A stretch of 64,000 bases of DNA, taken from NCBI GenBank assembly GCA_964016885.1, contig OZ024742.1:104966001-105030000 (forward strand), written 5' to 3'. Shown here piece after piece: positions 25,112-39,142 of this stretch (position 1 is its first letter; each line of letters begins with the position of its first letter). The notes beneath the pieces are model-generated. The model was not told where the DNA came from, ran no database searches, and saw only the letters and a program-made list of their open reading frames with translations. The DNA comes from Eledone cirrhosa (taxonomy: Eukaryota). A program made the translations under genes and the position numbers.

Positions 25112-25342
25112 GTGTAGGAGACACGGTAAAAAGGCTCCCAGTCCACACTATAAATGTGGTTGGTGTCAGGAAGGGCATCCAACCGTAGGAAACCTGCCAG
25201 AAACAGTTCTATATGAGCGAGACATGGTCTCCCGACTAATATCAACTCAAGTGGGACAAAACCGTCCAACCCATGCTAGTATGGAAGATGGATGTTAAAC
25301 GATGATGATGATGATGATATATCTATATATGTTGTGTGTGCC

Positions 25343-25635
25343 ATCATCATCATTAAGGTGCCTTTTCCATGCTTGCATGGGTTAGATGTGTTGTCATTGA
25401 AACAAGTCAGGTCCAGAGACCATGTCTTGCTTATATGGATCTGTATTTTGGCTTGGTTTCTACAGCTGGATGCCCTATCTAACATCAACGATATTACAGT
25501 ATGAACTGAGTGCTTTTTATTGTACTACCAAAACAACCACCTTACAGGGTGAACTGGGTGCTTTTTGTCATGTCACCATCATGACCACTTTTCTGTGTAG
25601 ACTGGGTGCTTTTTGTTGTGTCACCAGCACTACCA
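25343..25635 (-). mobile_element. RTE-type tail fragment with ~3 copies of the 48-bp module
   Basis: (cat)n, 'ttttccatgcttgcatgggttag', 'ctacagctggatgccct', repeated 'actgggtgcttttt'. Confidence 0.75.
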
Positions 25636-25907
25636 ATGTTTGTGTGTGTATATATATATTTGAATAAGTGAGGCCCACATATTCAAATTACGAATAACAA
25701 TGGGTTTTGAACCTAGGAAGTTACCCACTGAGACACAAACCCAGACACAATGCTTTTGTAGAAAACCAGCAGTCACCCATGCATGACAGTCTCACCTCTC
25801 CACTCTTATCAAAGGGAAAGACAAAGGCTGATACAGCTTGGCACCAGTGATGTGACAACATATTTCTCCATCTGAGTGAACTGGAGCCATGCTCCTTCAC
25901 ACATGCA

Positions 25908-26650
<743 letters not shown>

Positions 26651-26670
26651 GATATATATATATATATATA

Positions 26671-26935
26671 TGTGTTGTTTCCTTGAGCAAGAGACTTTAT
26701 TTCACATTGCTCCAGTTTACTCAGCTGTAGAAATGAGATGATAGGGACTGGGGTCTCTATCATTCCACTGCAAAGTGGTCGTGGAGGTGCCACGGCAAAA
26801 AAGCACCCAGCACTCACTGTAAATGAGGTTGGTGTTAGGAAGGGCATCCAGCTGTAGAAATCAAGCCAGAATCAGTTCCCGTCCCACCCTTGCCAGCAGG
26901 GAAAAGCAGACGTAAAATTAAATGATGATGATGAT
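26671..26935 (+). mobile_element. SINE family B, 5'-truncated
   Basis: Near-identical to 5018-5283. Confidence 0.9.
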
Positions 26936-27134
26936 ATATATATATGTATATATATATATACACACACACGTAGATATACATACACAGTTGGTGGACCTGC
27001 TCAAAATGATGAAATGACAGCCACATCTTCCTCATATCTTTCCCTCTTAAAAAAAGATGGGGTGTTCATGGTTAGACTGCCTATAATCATAGGTTTTAAT
27101 CAGGTTGACTACTATTACTATTGCTATTAGGAAT

Positions 27135-27335
27135 AATTGTGTCTAGATTTGGCACAAGGCCAGCAATTTGAAGGGAAGGAAAAAGTCGATTAAATTGATC
27201 CAAATGCATTACTGGTACTTTGTTTTATCAACCTTGTAAGGATGAAAGACAAAGCTAACCTAGGTGATATTTGAACTCAGAATGTAAATGGACATAACTA
27301 TATGTCGCTGGTCTACCGATATTGCCAATCCATCA
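27135..27335 (-). mobile_element. SINE family A, diverged longer subtype
   Basis: 'ggcacaaggccagcaatttg...tgcattactggtacttt...tttgaactcagaatg'. Confidence 0.8.
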
Positions 27336-27807
27336 CCTACTATACTAATAATAATAATACCACCACAACCACCAACAACAACACTACCACCACCACCAGC
27401 TTCACATTGCATTCTTTTATGCTAAATCTTCAAAATTATTAAATTCTTAGCTCATATGTTATCACTGTTGATGTAGTGGTGGCACCTTAAATGATACAAT
27501 GAAATGTTGATGTCAGATGAAAGAAATGCTGATGACTTAAGTAGTCTGCTGAGTCTTAAGAGCTTTGTTAAGGTGTGACTAATTCCTTGACTATTGTTAA
27601 TATGGGATTATGCCAAAACTGCTATTGCTTCGTTAAGTAATCTCATTTATTTCACCACAAATATTGCAGAGCTCAGCAGATCTTTTCCTTTCAGTTTTAA
27701 TTATTTAAGAGGGTGTTGTAATTTGCTTGAACCATTGCATAAAGTGTAGGAAATACTGTTTTTTAGAGGGCTACAGCAATGTAAATATATCATTAAATGT
27801 TTAAAAT

Positions 27808-27997
27808 AATTGTTTCTACTTTGGCACAAGGCCAGCAATTACCCAGTGCATTACTGATACTTTATTTTATCGACCTCCGTAAGAATGAAAGGCAAAGTTA
27901 ACCTCGGCAGGATTTGAACTCAGAATGGCAAGGGCTGTAACTCTATGCGTCACAGCATGGCGCCCGACCCTCTACCGATACTGCTAATCCACCGCCC
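27808..27997 (-). mobile_element. SINE family A, young copy with 18-bp TSD
   Basis: ttaaatgtttaaaataat (27793-27810) / ttaaatgttaaaaataat (27998-28015). Confidence 0.95.
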
Positions 27998-28274
27998 TTA
28001 AATGTTAAAAATAATAACAAAGTTGTTAGATGTTAAATCACTTCATCAGAAAAAGAGATGAGGAAACTAGTTTGGAGCAGGATATCTTGTGTTGTTCTTA
28101 TGTTGATATTCCAAAAAATAAAGATTATAAAAATAAAGGAAGGAAAAAGAATAGTAATGCCTATAGTCTTATATTTATTTATATATTGGTTAAGGAAAGA
28201 TAGAGTGGAAATCTTACAGAGGACAGTAACTTTTAGAGCTGGAGGTTTGACATAATGCAGATATGGCTGAGTGG

Positions 28275-28505
28275 TGAACCTCTTAGCATTTAAACTGACT
28301 GTATCCGGCCTGGATTCTCTCACCTCATTCTCCAATCGGCTGTAACTGGCCACTCATTCTGATGTTAAGGTATTGTTCTCAAAATAGATAATATGAAAAT
28401 CTCATAGATTTAATATTATGTGAGATAATTATATGAGGTAAAGCCTTTACCATGAAAATATAATAGTATATATAATAATATAAACAGAGTAATGTAAAGG
28501 GTTAA
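28275..28505. mobile_element. piggyBac-like MITE (reverse orientation) inserted in a SINE head
   Basis: Reverse complement of 8072-8294, ending 'aaagggttaa'; flanks rejoin as 'atggctgagtggttaagaaatttactttgcaatc'. Confidence 0.8.
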
Positions 28506-28924
28506 GAAATTTACTTTGCAATCATATAATCCTGGGTATGGCCTCTATGGGCAGATGACTATAACCCTTTTGATATCAAACTACCCCAAACTACCCATGG
28601 TTCTATTAGTTTTGCTATTTATATATTATTAGTGTATATTAATATTTTATATATAGAATAATGAAATACAAAGTATTCTATAAATACTCCATCATTCCTA
28701 TGCAGAAAAAGTACATTGAGTTCTTGAATGGAATTGCATCAATGTTTTATTGTATTTTATATATATTAAATTTGCTATTTATATCTTTTTCTCTTCTACG
28801 CTTTTTTTTTTATTTTTTTTTTTTAAATGCAACATTATATATATCCAGCTTGAGAGTGTATCTTGAAATAAAGTTCTTATAATCATTTAACATAAAAACA
28901 TTTTGCTATGTTATAAATACCATC

Positions 28925-29168
28925 TTCTTCTTCGCCCACTTAATCCTGAAAGGGTCGTGAGGACAGTGTCCTCAAACACTCCTTCTAGTGGGTCCGGTCA
29001 GAAGCAACCGTCTCCAACTGATCTGGTTGGATACCCAAGCGAGACCAGCCAAGCTCATAGATGTTATCCAACCATCTTGCTCGGGGTCTACCCCTGTAAA
29101 ATCTGTCCAGCAGTTCTTTCTTGAGACATACTAACCACATGCCCTTAGTATCGGAGCTGTGATCTCTT
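28925..29168 (-). pseudogene. RTE LINE extreme 3' end, family of 9770
   Basis: RGRPRARWLDNIYELGWSRLGIQPDQLETVASDRTH. Confidence 0.85.
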
Positions 29169-29839
29169 AATAATCCTGTCAAAGTTATATTTGCCTTTTA
29201 TCCTTTTGAAGATGATAAATTACCACTTCAACACTGAGGATAACCATCATTTAATGTCTGGTTTCCCTGCTAACAAGGGTTGGATAGGTCTTCACAGATC
29301 GAGTCAGAAATCACACATAGCTACAAACCTACTAGATGAGCTGGAGGTACATAGATCTGTATCTCACATATGATCCTATGCTGGGGAGCCGCATCTCACA
29401 TATGATCTTGTATTTTACCCAGTGCATTTTATTGTGGCACCAGCATTAGGGTGGTTGTCATGTCTTTGAAACAACTGAGGTTCCTCCCAACCCTTTGTTT
29501 GGTAAGCTTTCTATGGCTGAATAGCCTTCCTATCATCAACCACTTTACAGCATATACTGGATCCATTCATTGTGTAGATCATCAACATCAGAGAGATTGT
29601 CGTGCTTTTGAAGGTTCCTCTCAACCCTTTTTGGCATCACTTCTACAGCCTTTATTATCACCAACCACCTTGCAGATTGTACAGGGTGCATTTTCACGGC
29701 ACTAGCACTAGAGAGGTTGTTGGTTATTATCCCAACAGAAAAGCCTTCTTTACTTTGCTGAGAAGAAGTGGGGAGAAGATGGAAAATAAGTATGATGTTA
29801 TGGATGTATGGCAGGTGTGGTGGAATTTAACAGGGATAA

Positions 29840-30030
29840 TGAGTGCAAGGTCTTTACTACTTCCATACCATGTCCTTTTGGATCTGGTTCTTCCACTGAG
29901 ATTTCTCAGCATTTCTGAATGCAGTTGTCATCTTCCATATGCATTACATGTCCATATGGACATAATCTTCTCTCTTGCACACTACATCCAATTCCTCTCA
30001 GCTTGCTTATCCTATGACATTCATGTACAC
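29840..30030 (-). pseudogene. RTE LINE 3' fragment
   Basis: Minus-strand RGIGCSVQERRLCPYGHVMHMEDDNCIQKC..RSKRTW. Confidence 0.75.
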
Positions 30031-30637
30031 TAACATAACCCATCCATTAGAGGATACTCTATTTCTTTCTAGCCTTTGCAAGTTGATTTTTCTATATCTA
30101 TGCTTCTCTGTCTCCTTTTCAGGAAGAAATCAGCTGTGTTCAGACCTGGAGAGAGATGGGCTCTGCCAGGTTTAAAATGCCCTTAAGACTTCATCAAGAG
30201 TTATGGGTCAAGGGATATATAGATAGATGTGAGATTGGTGATTTCTATCCTGTCATTACACTTAAATTGACTCCATGATATGAACATGATATATCCTCCA
30301 TCAGTTTTCACGATGAGCTCTCAGTTGTTTGATGAATTAAATCTCCACCTCATTAAATTTGTATGTATATGATTCAATATTCATTCCACAAATCAGCATG
30401 ATACAGCATGTGACAAGGTTGGACCTTTAAATTACAGGTACAAGCCATCTGATGAGCTTCTATACAGATTCTGTTTACCTTACCCTATGTCAATTACAAG
30501 GCTTGGGTCCAACTGAAGCTATGGTAAAAAAACATTTGCCCAAGATACCAAAACAGTGGGATTGAGCAGTGGTAGGCAGCAGCAAAACCATAAATTTGAT
30601 TAGTATTTTGTTGACTTGCAGTGACAAAGATAGGTAT

Positions 30638-30845
30638 TTAACCCTTTAGCATTTACATTACTCTATATATACTATTGTATTTTTGCAATAAAGTCTTTAT
30701 AATATCGAATCTATGTGATTTTAATATTATTTATTTTGAGAAAAATACCTTAACATCAGTATGAGTGGCCAGTTATGGCTAGTTTGAGCAGAAAGAGATG
30801 AGAGAATTCTGGCCGGATAGAGTTGGTTTAAATGCTAAAGAGTTG
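30638..30845. mobile_element. piggyBac-like MITE
   Basis: ttaaccctttagcatttac...taaatgctaaagagttga. Confidence 0.82.
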
Positions 30846-31789
30846 AGTTGATAAAAGGGAGTCAACAACATTCTAACAGAACATAATTTGCATTTCAATT
30901 TGGTCACTCAAGAATTACTGGGTGTCAATATAATTGACTAAAACCCTTGAAGGGTAACCTAGTATGGCCACAGTCCAATGATTGAAAACAATAACAGAAT
31001 GTACTTAAAAATCCAAAGGATGTAAAAAACCATTAAAAAGATCTCTACATTATACAATATCATAATTTTCTTGTTCACCAATCTGATAACTGGATCCCTC
31101 TGGAACACCCTTCATGCCCCTTTATTCCCTCAACCTGCTAACCTTCAACAAAACATTAACAACAAATAGCTATCTCTGTACATTTCTAAACTAATCCATA
31201 GAGCCAGAGAGCTTATCTTGAGTTTATGTAGGTTTTAGTGGATAATAGATAAATTTTCCCCTCCTCTTCTTTTCTTTGGTAGAATGAATGTCTATCTTTC
31301 TAGCTTTTTTTTTTTTACCAGGATCAAAAATACTGGGAAGATCTCCAAATACATATAAGTGCACACTCAAGATAAAGACTCTCTACCATCTGATATATCT
31401 CTCTCTCACACACACTCCCTCTCTCTCGCCCATCACCACTATGTTTTCATTAAAAAATATTCATCTATAGAACATAAAAAAGCAAATATAAAAAAAACAA
31501 TGTGTGTATCAATATCTGTCTCTCTCTCTCTCTCTATATATATAGAGAGAGAGAGAGATGTATATATATAAAAGAACAATGCCACTTCATTGAGCCATAA
31601 ATTTGTGAAGTCATACAGCCATGCATTCAATGGTTCCACTGTGTCTCTAACCTGGGAGGAGTGAATTCCTATGGATTGGTATGGCTGGGTATCTTTTAAC
31701 TCTGATGCTGAGTTGAGAAACCTCACTAATGAGAACTAACATTATACAGCTTCCCAGTTTCAGTTTTATCAGTGTTATATCTGTTAATG

Positions 31790-32100
31790 ATGAGGGTAGG
31801 TAGGGTGGAGGGGGGTGAGAGTAGATGGGGTGGAGAGAAGGTGAAGTAGGGTAAGGGTAGGTGGAGTGGGGATAAGGTGAGGGTGAGTGGGGTGAAGAAA
31901 GGGTGGGGTAGAGTAAGGGTAGAGAGGGTGAGGGTAGGTCGGGTGGAGATAGGGAAGGTAGGGTAGAGAGAAGGTGAGGGTAGGTGGGGTGGGTGAGGTG
32001 AGGGTAGGTGTTGTGGAATGGAGAGAAGGTGAGAGTACTATGGGCAGAGGGTGAGGTGAGACCAGGGTGGAGGGAAGTTGGAGGTGGGGAGAGAGAGAGT
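31790..32100 (+). repeat. G-rich purine low-complexity tract (GGGTGAGGGTAGG-like)
   Basis: Many GGG runs separated by 2-6 nt. Confidence 0.8.
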
Positions 32101-32938
32101 CATACAAAAACAATCTGGGTAAATATTGAATTCTTTCCTGCTTGTTAGCAAAATGGTTCACTGTGATAGCTGTTATAAAATAAGTAGAGGGCAAGAGAGG
32201 ATTTGGAATGTTTTTTATTGTTTTTATTATCATGGCTGTTTGATTAGAAATCATTATTACAACTGCATCCTACCCTCTTCCTCCCCCAACAGACTGGTAT
32301 CATCTTCACTATTGTTGCAACAAGTAATGCTGGCGTCAAATACAAAAACATTCTCTGCTTGCTAGCAACAGCAGCACAGCCCCCTCCACCCACCACGGCC
32401 ATCACAACTAAAACACCACTACTATTAGCTCCAACAACCGAAGACACTATCAGGACTACCACAACGAACACTGACAAAAACATAGCTAACACCAACACCA
32501 ATACTTGAGATAACAGGTCACACATATTAAAGAGTTTGACCCCAATCTAGAAAAATTAAATGAAAACTTGTCTTCTTGAGATTTTAGTAGAGGGCCACAG
32601 ATCAAGTCCAGTTTAGGTCCTTTTGAGATGCTAAGCAGTTAGAAGATTATGGAATCCTCAATATAGTTAATCTTCAAACAAATTTATTTGAATGACATTT
32701 AATTTTAATAAAATAGTACCCCTCTTGATGTTCTAAACAGGTGTTTATTTTGTTTAATGGTTAATCTCAGACTGACTGTTGCATGACACTCCATATAATA
32801 AAACACATTTATGAATGTCACCTAGTCCCATAACTGGTTACCTATGTGTCAAGTGGCATGAATGATTAGGAATGAACTAGAGTGGGAGTACACAACAATA
32901 ACACACACACACACACACACACACAGACACACACAGAC

Positions 32939-33700
<762 letters not shown>

Positions 33701-34227
33701 AACACCCATGATTCATACATACCATATAAACACACACACACACACACACATATCATCACCATAACATCATCATCACCAGTTTATGTCTATTTTCCATGCT
33801 TGCTTTGGTTAGATAGGTTGTCATATTCAGAGGCTAGACAGACAAGTCAAATGACTGTCTTGTTTATATCTTCCATTTCGGCAAGGTTTCTATGGCTGCA
33901 TACCCTTTTTAATGCCACCCACTTCACGGTATGCATCGGGTTCATTATCTCATGACTTTACTACTTGAATATACTACTTGACATACATAGATAGATACAT
34001 ACATGCATGCATACTGGCTGTATCTTACACTGGACCAATCATGCACTGAACAATGGTGACAGGTATCTATGAAGAAGAACAGATCAGTACCATTGGCTGC
34101 CATCCAATTGCAGGTTTATGATCAAAGTTTTCCTTCTAGAATTATGTTCTAACAAAAACTAGTTGTCTGTCACTCCTGGTGGGCTAACAGTTAGCTCAGA
34201 CACCAAGTATACATACATACATGTTGT

Positions 34228-34674
34228 TACACTTAGGGAGACTCATGCTACCAATATAAAACACATGTGCAAGTTGAGTTACATGTTGGATTCATTATTA
34301 GTCAGGGCGGTGGATTGGCAGTATCGGTGAAGGGTCAGACGCCATGCTTTCCAGCATAGTTACGTCCCTTTACGATCTGAGTTCAAATCCCGCCGAGGTT
34401 GACTTTGCCTTTCATCCTTACGGGGTCGATAAAATAAAGTACCAGTAATGCACTGGGTAATTGCTGGCCTTGTGCCTAAAGTAGAAACAATTATTAGTCA
34501 GGAAACTAACCGGTTCCTTGATTACTTTAGTAAACAGATATGTGATGAAAGATTTAACCACACCATTACTAAACTAATTGAGGAATGGATTAGTTGCCTG
34601 ACTAATAATATAACTAAAGTGAAGTTCAACTAATGTGTGTATTTTTTATTGGTATATGTCCCTCCTGAAGTGTA
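34228..34674. mobile_element. Foldback MITE with ~110-bp diverged arms, interrupted by SINE A
   Basis: Left 'tacacttagggag..taccaatataaaacac..ttattagtcagg|aaactaac..ttagtaa' is the inverse of right 'ttactaa..ttagttgcctgactaataa..ttattggtat..cctgaagtgta'; relative at 39234-39330. Confidence 0.75.
34305..34492 (+). mobile_element. SINE family A, young full-length copy with 13-bp TSD
   Basis: attattagtcagg at 34294-34306 and 34490-34502. Confidence 0.95.
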
Positions 34675-35559
34675 TGTAGATATATGTGCAAATAAGACCG
34701 TTATTGCTCCAATCAGTCCACAAACACTCAGCAAATGCCCCCAAACCAAACACCAACCTGCACTTATGACTCCTGCTAAACCAAACTGTGACCTAACCTC
34801 CAAATTTGACAAACTGAACGCAGACCACTCCACTTCCCAAACTCAGCATATTGAACTGAACTATAAGAGCCACCAAATAGGAAAGACAGACGTTATCAAG
34901 CTGCAGCTGTCATATTACATAGTTTCTATATAATAAAGCTAATAAAGCTAGTATTATCTGCAGTGACTATGATTCCATTACATAAGAGGCCATACTCCAC
35001 CTCCTCCTGTCATCTCTTGACTTTATACCCTCAAACTATCCACCTAGATGACATAATGCCACACATCAGGAAGTTTAGTTTGTACAACACAACATAAAAA
35101 ATATCCAAGCCACGAAAGAAAGAAATGAAATGAACCCAAGATGAAAATCATGAAATACAATATCAAAAGGTGACACAAAAGGCATAAACTTTAAAGTCAT
35201 TATTTACATAAATATAAATATACACACACAAATGCAAAACGTAATTAAGATTAAATCATATATACACAAACATACATGTACAAATAAGATTAACTAGGAA
35301 AACAGAGATTTGCAAAATTATTTAACAAAATCAAAATCTACCAAATCCATCTCTTAAGAACATGTCTATCACTTGTGGTTAATGCAGAAAAAGGAAATAA
35401 ACAAAGACAGAAAAAAACAATGTCATTAACCATCCCTTCACTCATGGCATTAAAAATTCTCCAATATAGTTGACTGAATAAATACATGTTTTTTCTCATA
35501 CATTTTTTTCCTTCCACTCTTCACTCTCTATCTTTCTATTTCATCTTTTATTTTTTATT

Positions 35560-35600
35560 CTATGTTCTGATGAAAGACTACTGTCCGAAACGTTGAAATT
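35560..35600 (+). ncRNA. Degenerate minimal hammerhead motif (Penelope-type end)
   Basis: CUGAUGA-aaGAC(uacu)GUCc-GAAAC-GUU; helix II short and helix I weak. Confidence 0.5.
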
Positions 35601-35714
35601 CTTTTCTTACTATATCAAACATTAAACTAATATATTTCCTCATTGTACTGTCATTTGCTTTTTTGTTTCTGTTTACATTTTTCATTTGCACACCCACACC
35701 CACAGACACACATA

Positions 35715-36035
35715 TCATCAATGCTTAATGTCAATTTTCCATGCTTGCTTGGGTTAGAAGGGCTACCACATTATGAGACTAGCAGATCAAGTGACCACCT
35801 TTTGCTCATAAGTTCTGTCTTTGGTTTGGTTTTCTATGGCTGGAGGTCATTCATAATGCCGACTTTACAGTGTGTACTGGGTACTTTTTTCCATGGCACC
35901 ACCACTAACACTTTAAAAGGTGAACTGGGTGCTTTTTTCATAGCACCAGTATAACCACTTTACATGGGAACAAGGTGCTTTTGATCTTGACACCAGCACT
36001 ACCACCTTACATGGGGATTGGGTGCTTTTTGGCAT
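35715..36035 (-). mobile_element. RTE-type tail fragment with ~4 diverged 48-bp modules
   Basis: 'ttttccatgcttgcttgggttag'...repeated 'actttaca..gtg.actgggtgctttt'. Confidence 0.7.
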
Positions 36036-36580
36036 GGCATTATAGAATTCATGACCAAAAGAAGAGTGTCTCTTTGTGGCTGCTTGGGTTGCCTGAAATA
36101 CCATTGAAATCTTTCTCTTCCATTTTCAACGTGAAAACATTGGATAATGGATTCTCTCCACATAGGAAATAGATGGGATGATTGAGGCTCAATCAGAGTC
36201 AACCTGGGGTTACACAACAACTATACAATTCTCAGATGTATTCACTATCCAACAAATACACAAACAACATATGTATATATTATATATAGGCAAAGTTGTA
36301 AGAATGTCGGATAGAATCTTTCGTAGTATTTGTTCCAGCTTTGTGTGCCCTGACCTCAAATCTCGCCAAAGTCAACTTTGCCTTTCATCCTTTCAGTGTT
36401 GATAGAAAAACCAACTGCTCGGTTCTTCCTCTAAATTTATTTTTCATTCTCTCTCTCTCTTTCTGGAAGAAATTGGCTATATTCAAATGTGGAGAGAGGA
36501 ACTCTGCCAGGTTTAAATTGCCCAAAGCATGCTGTGTGGCCCCCTATTGCACCCCTATGAAAGCATCAAGAGTTTCAGGT

Positions 36581-36633
<53 letters not shown>

Positions 36634-36880
36634 ATCCCTTGCATAGTGGATCTATGGATTGTACCTCTACCAGATAAATGTAGCATTACAGCCAATCACC
36701 ACAACACTACTACAGCATGACTACCTCACCACCAACACCAGAATAGAACTAACATTACAATATTGACCATTACACCAATATACTACCACTACCACCACCA
36801 TTACCACAAGCACTAACTCAACAAACATCACCGCTACTACTCTAACTACAGCATCATAACTATGTAATGTAAACATAACA

Positions 36881-36911
<31 letters not shown>

Positions 36912-37403
36912 TTAATGACATCATCATCCATTACCACCAATAAATGAATAAATAAAAATCTTACATCTTTCCCCAAGAACAAAATACTCCAGCCACTGAT
37001 AAAGCTGTGTGGATACAGAAAACTTGTAGAATTACGCTAGGATATAATGATTACAGCATCCCAGTCTTCAGTTGCCTTAGCAACTTAGAACATGAGACAA
37101 AAATACAATTATCTAGCAGTCAAAATTACTAGATGTTGCTTTATGACAAAACAATAAATATTAGCTGCATTATGTAATATCTGTTTTATTATAATTAACA
37201 CAATATAAATACATACATGTGTGTATTTACACACACATATATACACACACATGCACACATTCCCACTTACATACACACACACACACTCACATATACACAC
37301 ACATACAAACACACGCACATATATATATATATATATACACACTTGCACACACATGCACTCACATATAAACACACATATACACACACATACAAACACACAC
37401 ACT

Positions 37404-37450
<47 letters not shown>

Positions 37451-37779
37451 GCATGCACTTGCACACACATGCACACATTCCCACATGTATGCACATAGAT
37501 ACACATACTTACAAACACACACACACACACATGTGTGTGTGTGTAAGTGTGTGTATGTTTGTATTAGCATGCTTGTGAAGCTGTGTTTCAGATACACCTG
37601 CTATTCACATTATTGGTTGCATTAAAGTATTAATCTTAGTAATGTGAATTTATGGCTATATAAACTTTAGTATAAAACTTTAACTGAAATTGCTATATAA
37701 GTTATGTGTGGTATTAATATGCATGAATGACAAAGCTTGGATGGGCTGAGAGAAACTGGGTACAAGAGGAATGAAATAT

Positions 37780-38052
37780 AAGGTACATGAGAGAAGACTG
37801 CACAGATGTGACATGTCACGTGTAAGGATTATAATTGTTGGATGAAGAAGTGCCAGGTTTTCCAGTGGATGGAACCTGCAGTAGAGGAAAGCCAAGGAAG
37901 ATTTGGGCAGAGGTGATGAGAGCTGATCCCAGAAAACTGAGCCTGATAGAGAATGAAAGAAAACAGTAGGTTGAGAGAAGTTGTCATGGAAAGGATCTGT
38001 TCAGCCCATGCAATCGTGGAAATTGGATGTAAAAGGATGGTGATGATGATGA
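37780..38052 (+). pseudogene. RTE LINE 3' end, followed tail-to-tail by a minus-strand tail (38065-38250)
   Basis: ERRL..WMKKCQ..VDGTCSRGKPRKIWAEVMRAD, then (GAT)n. Confidence 0.75.
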
Positions 38053-38883
38053 AGTCAGTAAATGTCATCATCATCATCACCATTTAACATACACTTTTCC
38101 ATGCTTGCATGGGTCAGACAGGGCGTCCGTGTCGAGGGACAAGTCTGGCCAGAACTGGCCATGCCGTACCTTGTTCTACTGGGGCTGTAAATTTGGCAGG
38201 GGCTTTTACAGCTGGATGCCCTTCCTAACACCAACCATATTTACAGTATGGCATGTTGGTAAGAAATTATATAAATGACAGCAATACCACTAATCACGCT
38301 GTAAAGTGGTAGTGCTACTACCTTGATAAAAAGCACTCAGCCCATACTGTAAAGTAGCAGTAGTGGTGCCATGATAAAAAGCATCCAGTTTACTATATGA
38401 TAAAATGCTCCCAGTACATGTTGTCAAGTGCTTGACAATAGGAACAGCATCCAGCTAAAAAAAAATAACCATAAAAAGAAAGAAATGAGACAAGTCAATA
38501 TATATATAAAATTATGATAAGATCATTTCCATTGCTTTAGATATGCAGGATTTCTGATGATAGTTGGCAGAGACAGAAAGGTTGTATTACCTGGAGATGG
38601 GACATGCTAACCTATGTTTCCATATATAGTAGAACATGTATGAAAGATTGTAGTGAATAATTGAGGGCTGCTGGATTGTTGGGTCAAGTGATTGGTGGAG
38701 TGAAGTAGATAGAATTTGAGATAAATTTGAGCTACAAGTTTATGTTAGCTGGAAATCAGATAACATTGACAATAATAACATTAGCAGCAACAGTAATAAT
38801 AAAAGCAACAATAAAAACTTGGATACAGCTGAATAACAATAAAGTGAAAAGCGTTCAAAGTACATGACAAGAAAAATCATACA

Positions 38884-39142
38884 CAGTGGAACCTCGGTTC
38901 ATGAACTTAATTCTTTCCTGAAGGCCATTTGACACCCGAAATGTTTGTAAACTGAAACTATTTTTCTCATACAAAATGTTTAAAGAGACTGTGTGTGTAA
39001 GACAGATAGATATCACCATAGTAACTAAGTATACAGCAAGTGACACTTTCCTGCCGATACTTTCAGCTTGTTGCCAACTATTGTTACCAACTTTTCGTTA
39101 CTCAAGACCAATTTGTTCGTGATGAGAACCAAGGTTCCACTG
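38884..39142. mobile_element. Tigger/pogo-like MITE
   Basis: TIR cagtggaacctcggttc / gaaccaaggttccactg, followed by TA. Confidence 0.85.

Larger units (their letters stand above)
24188..25318 (+). pseudogene. RTE LINE 3' end and 3' UTR, interrupted by a hAT MITE
   Basis: WYGHV..KKCRAIKIDGSYGVGRPRETWEEMIK; same family as 61310-62094; ends in (GAT)n. Confidence 0.9.
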
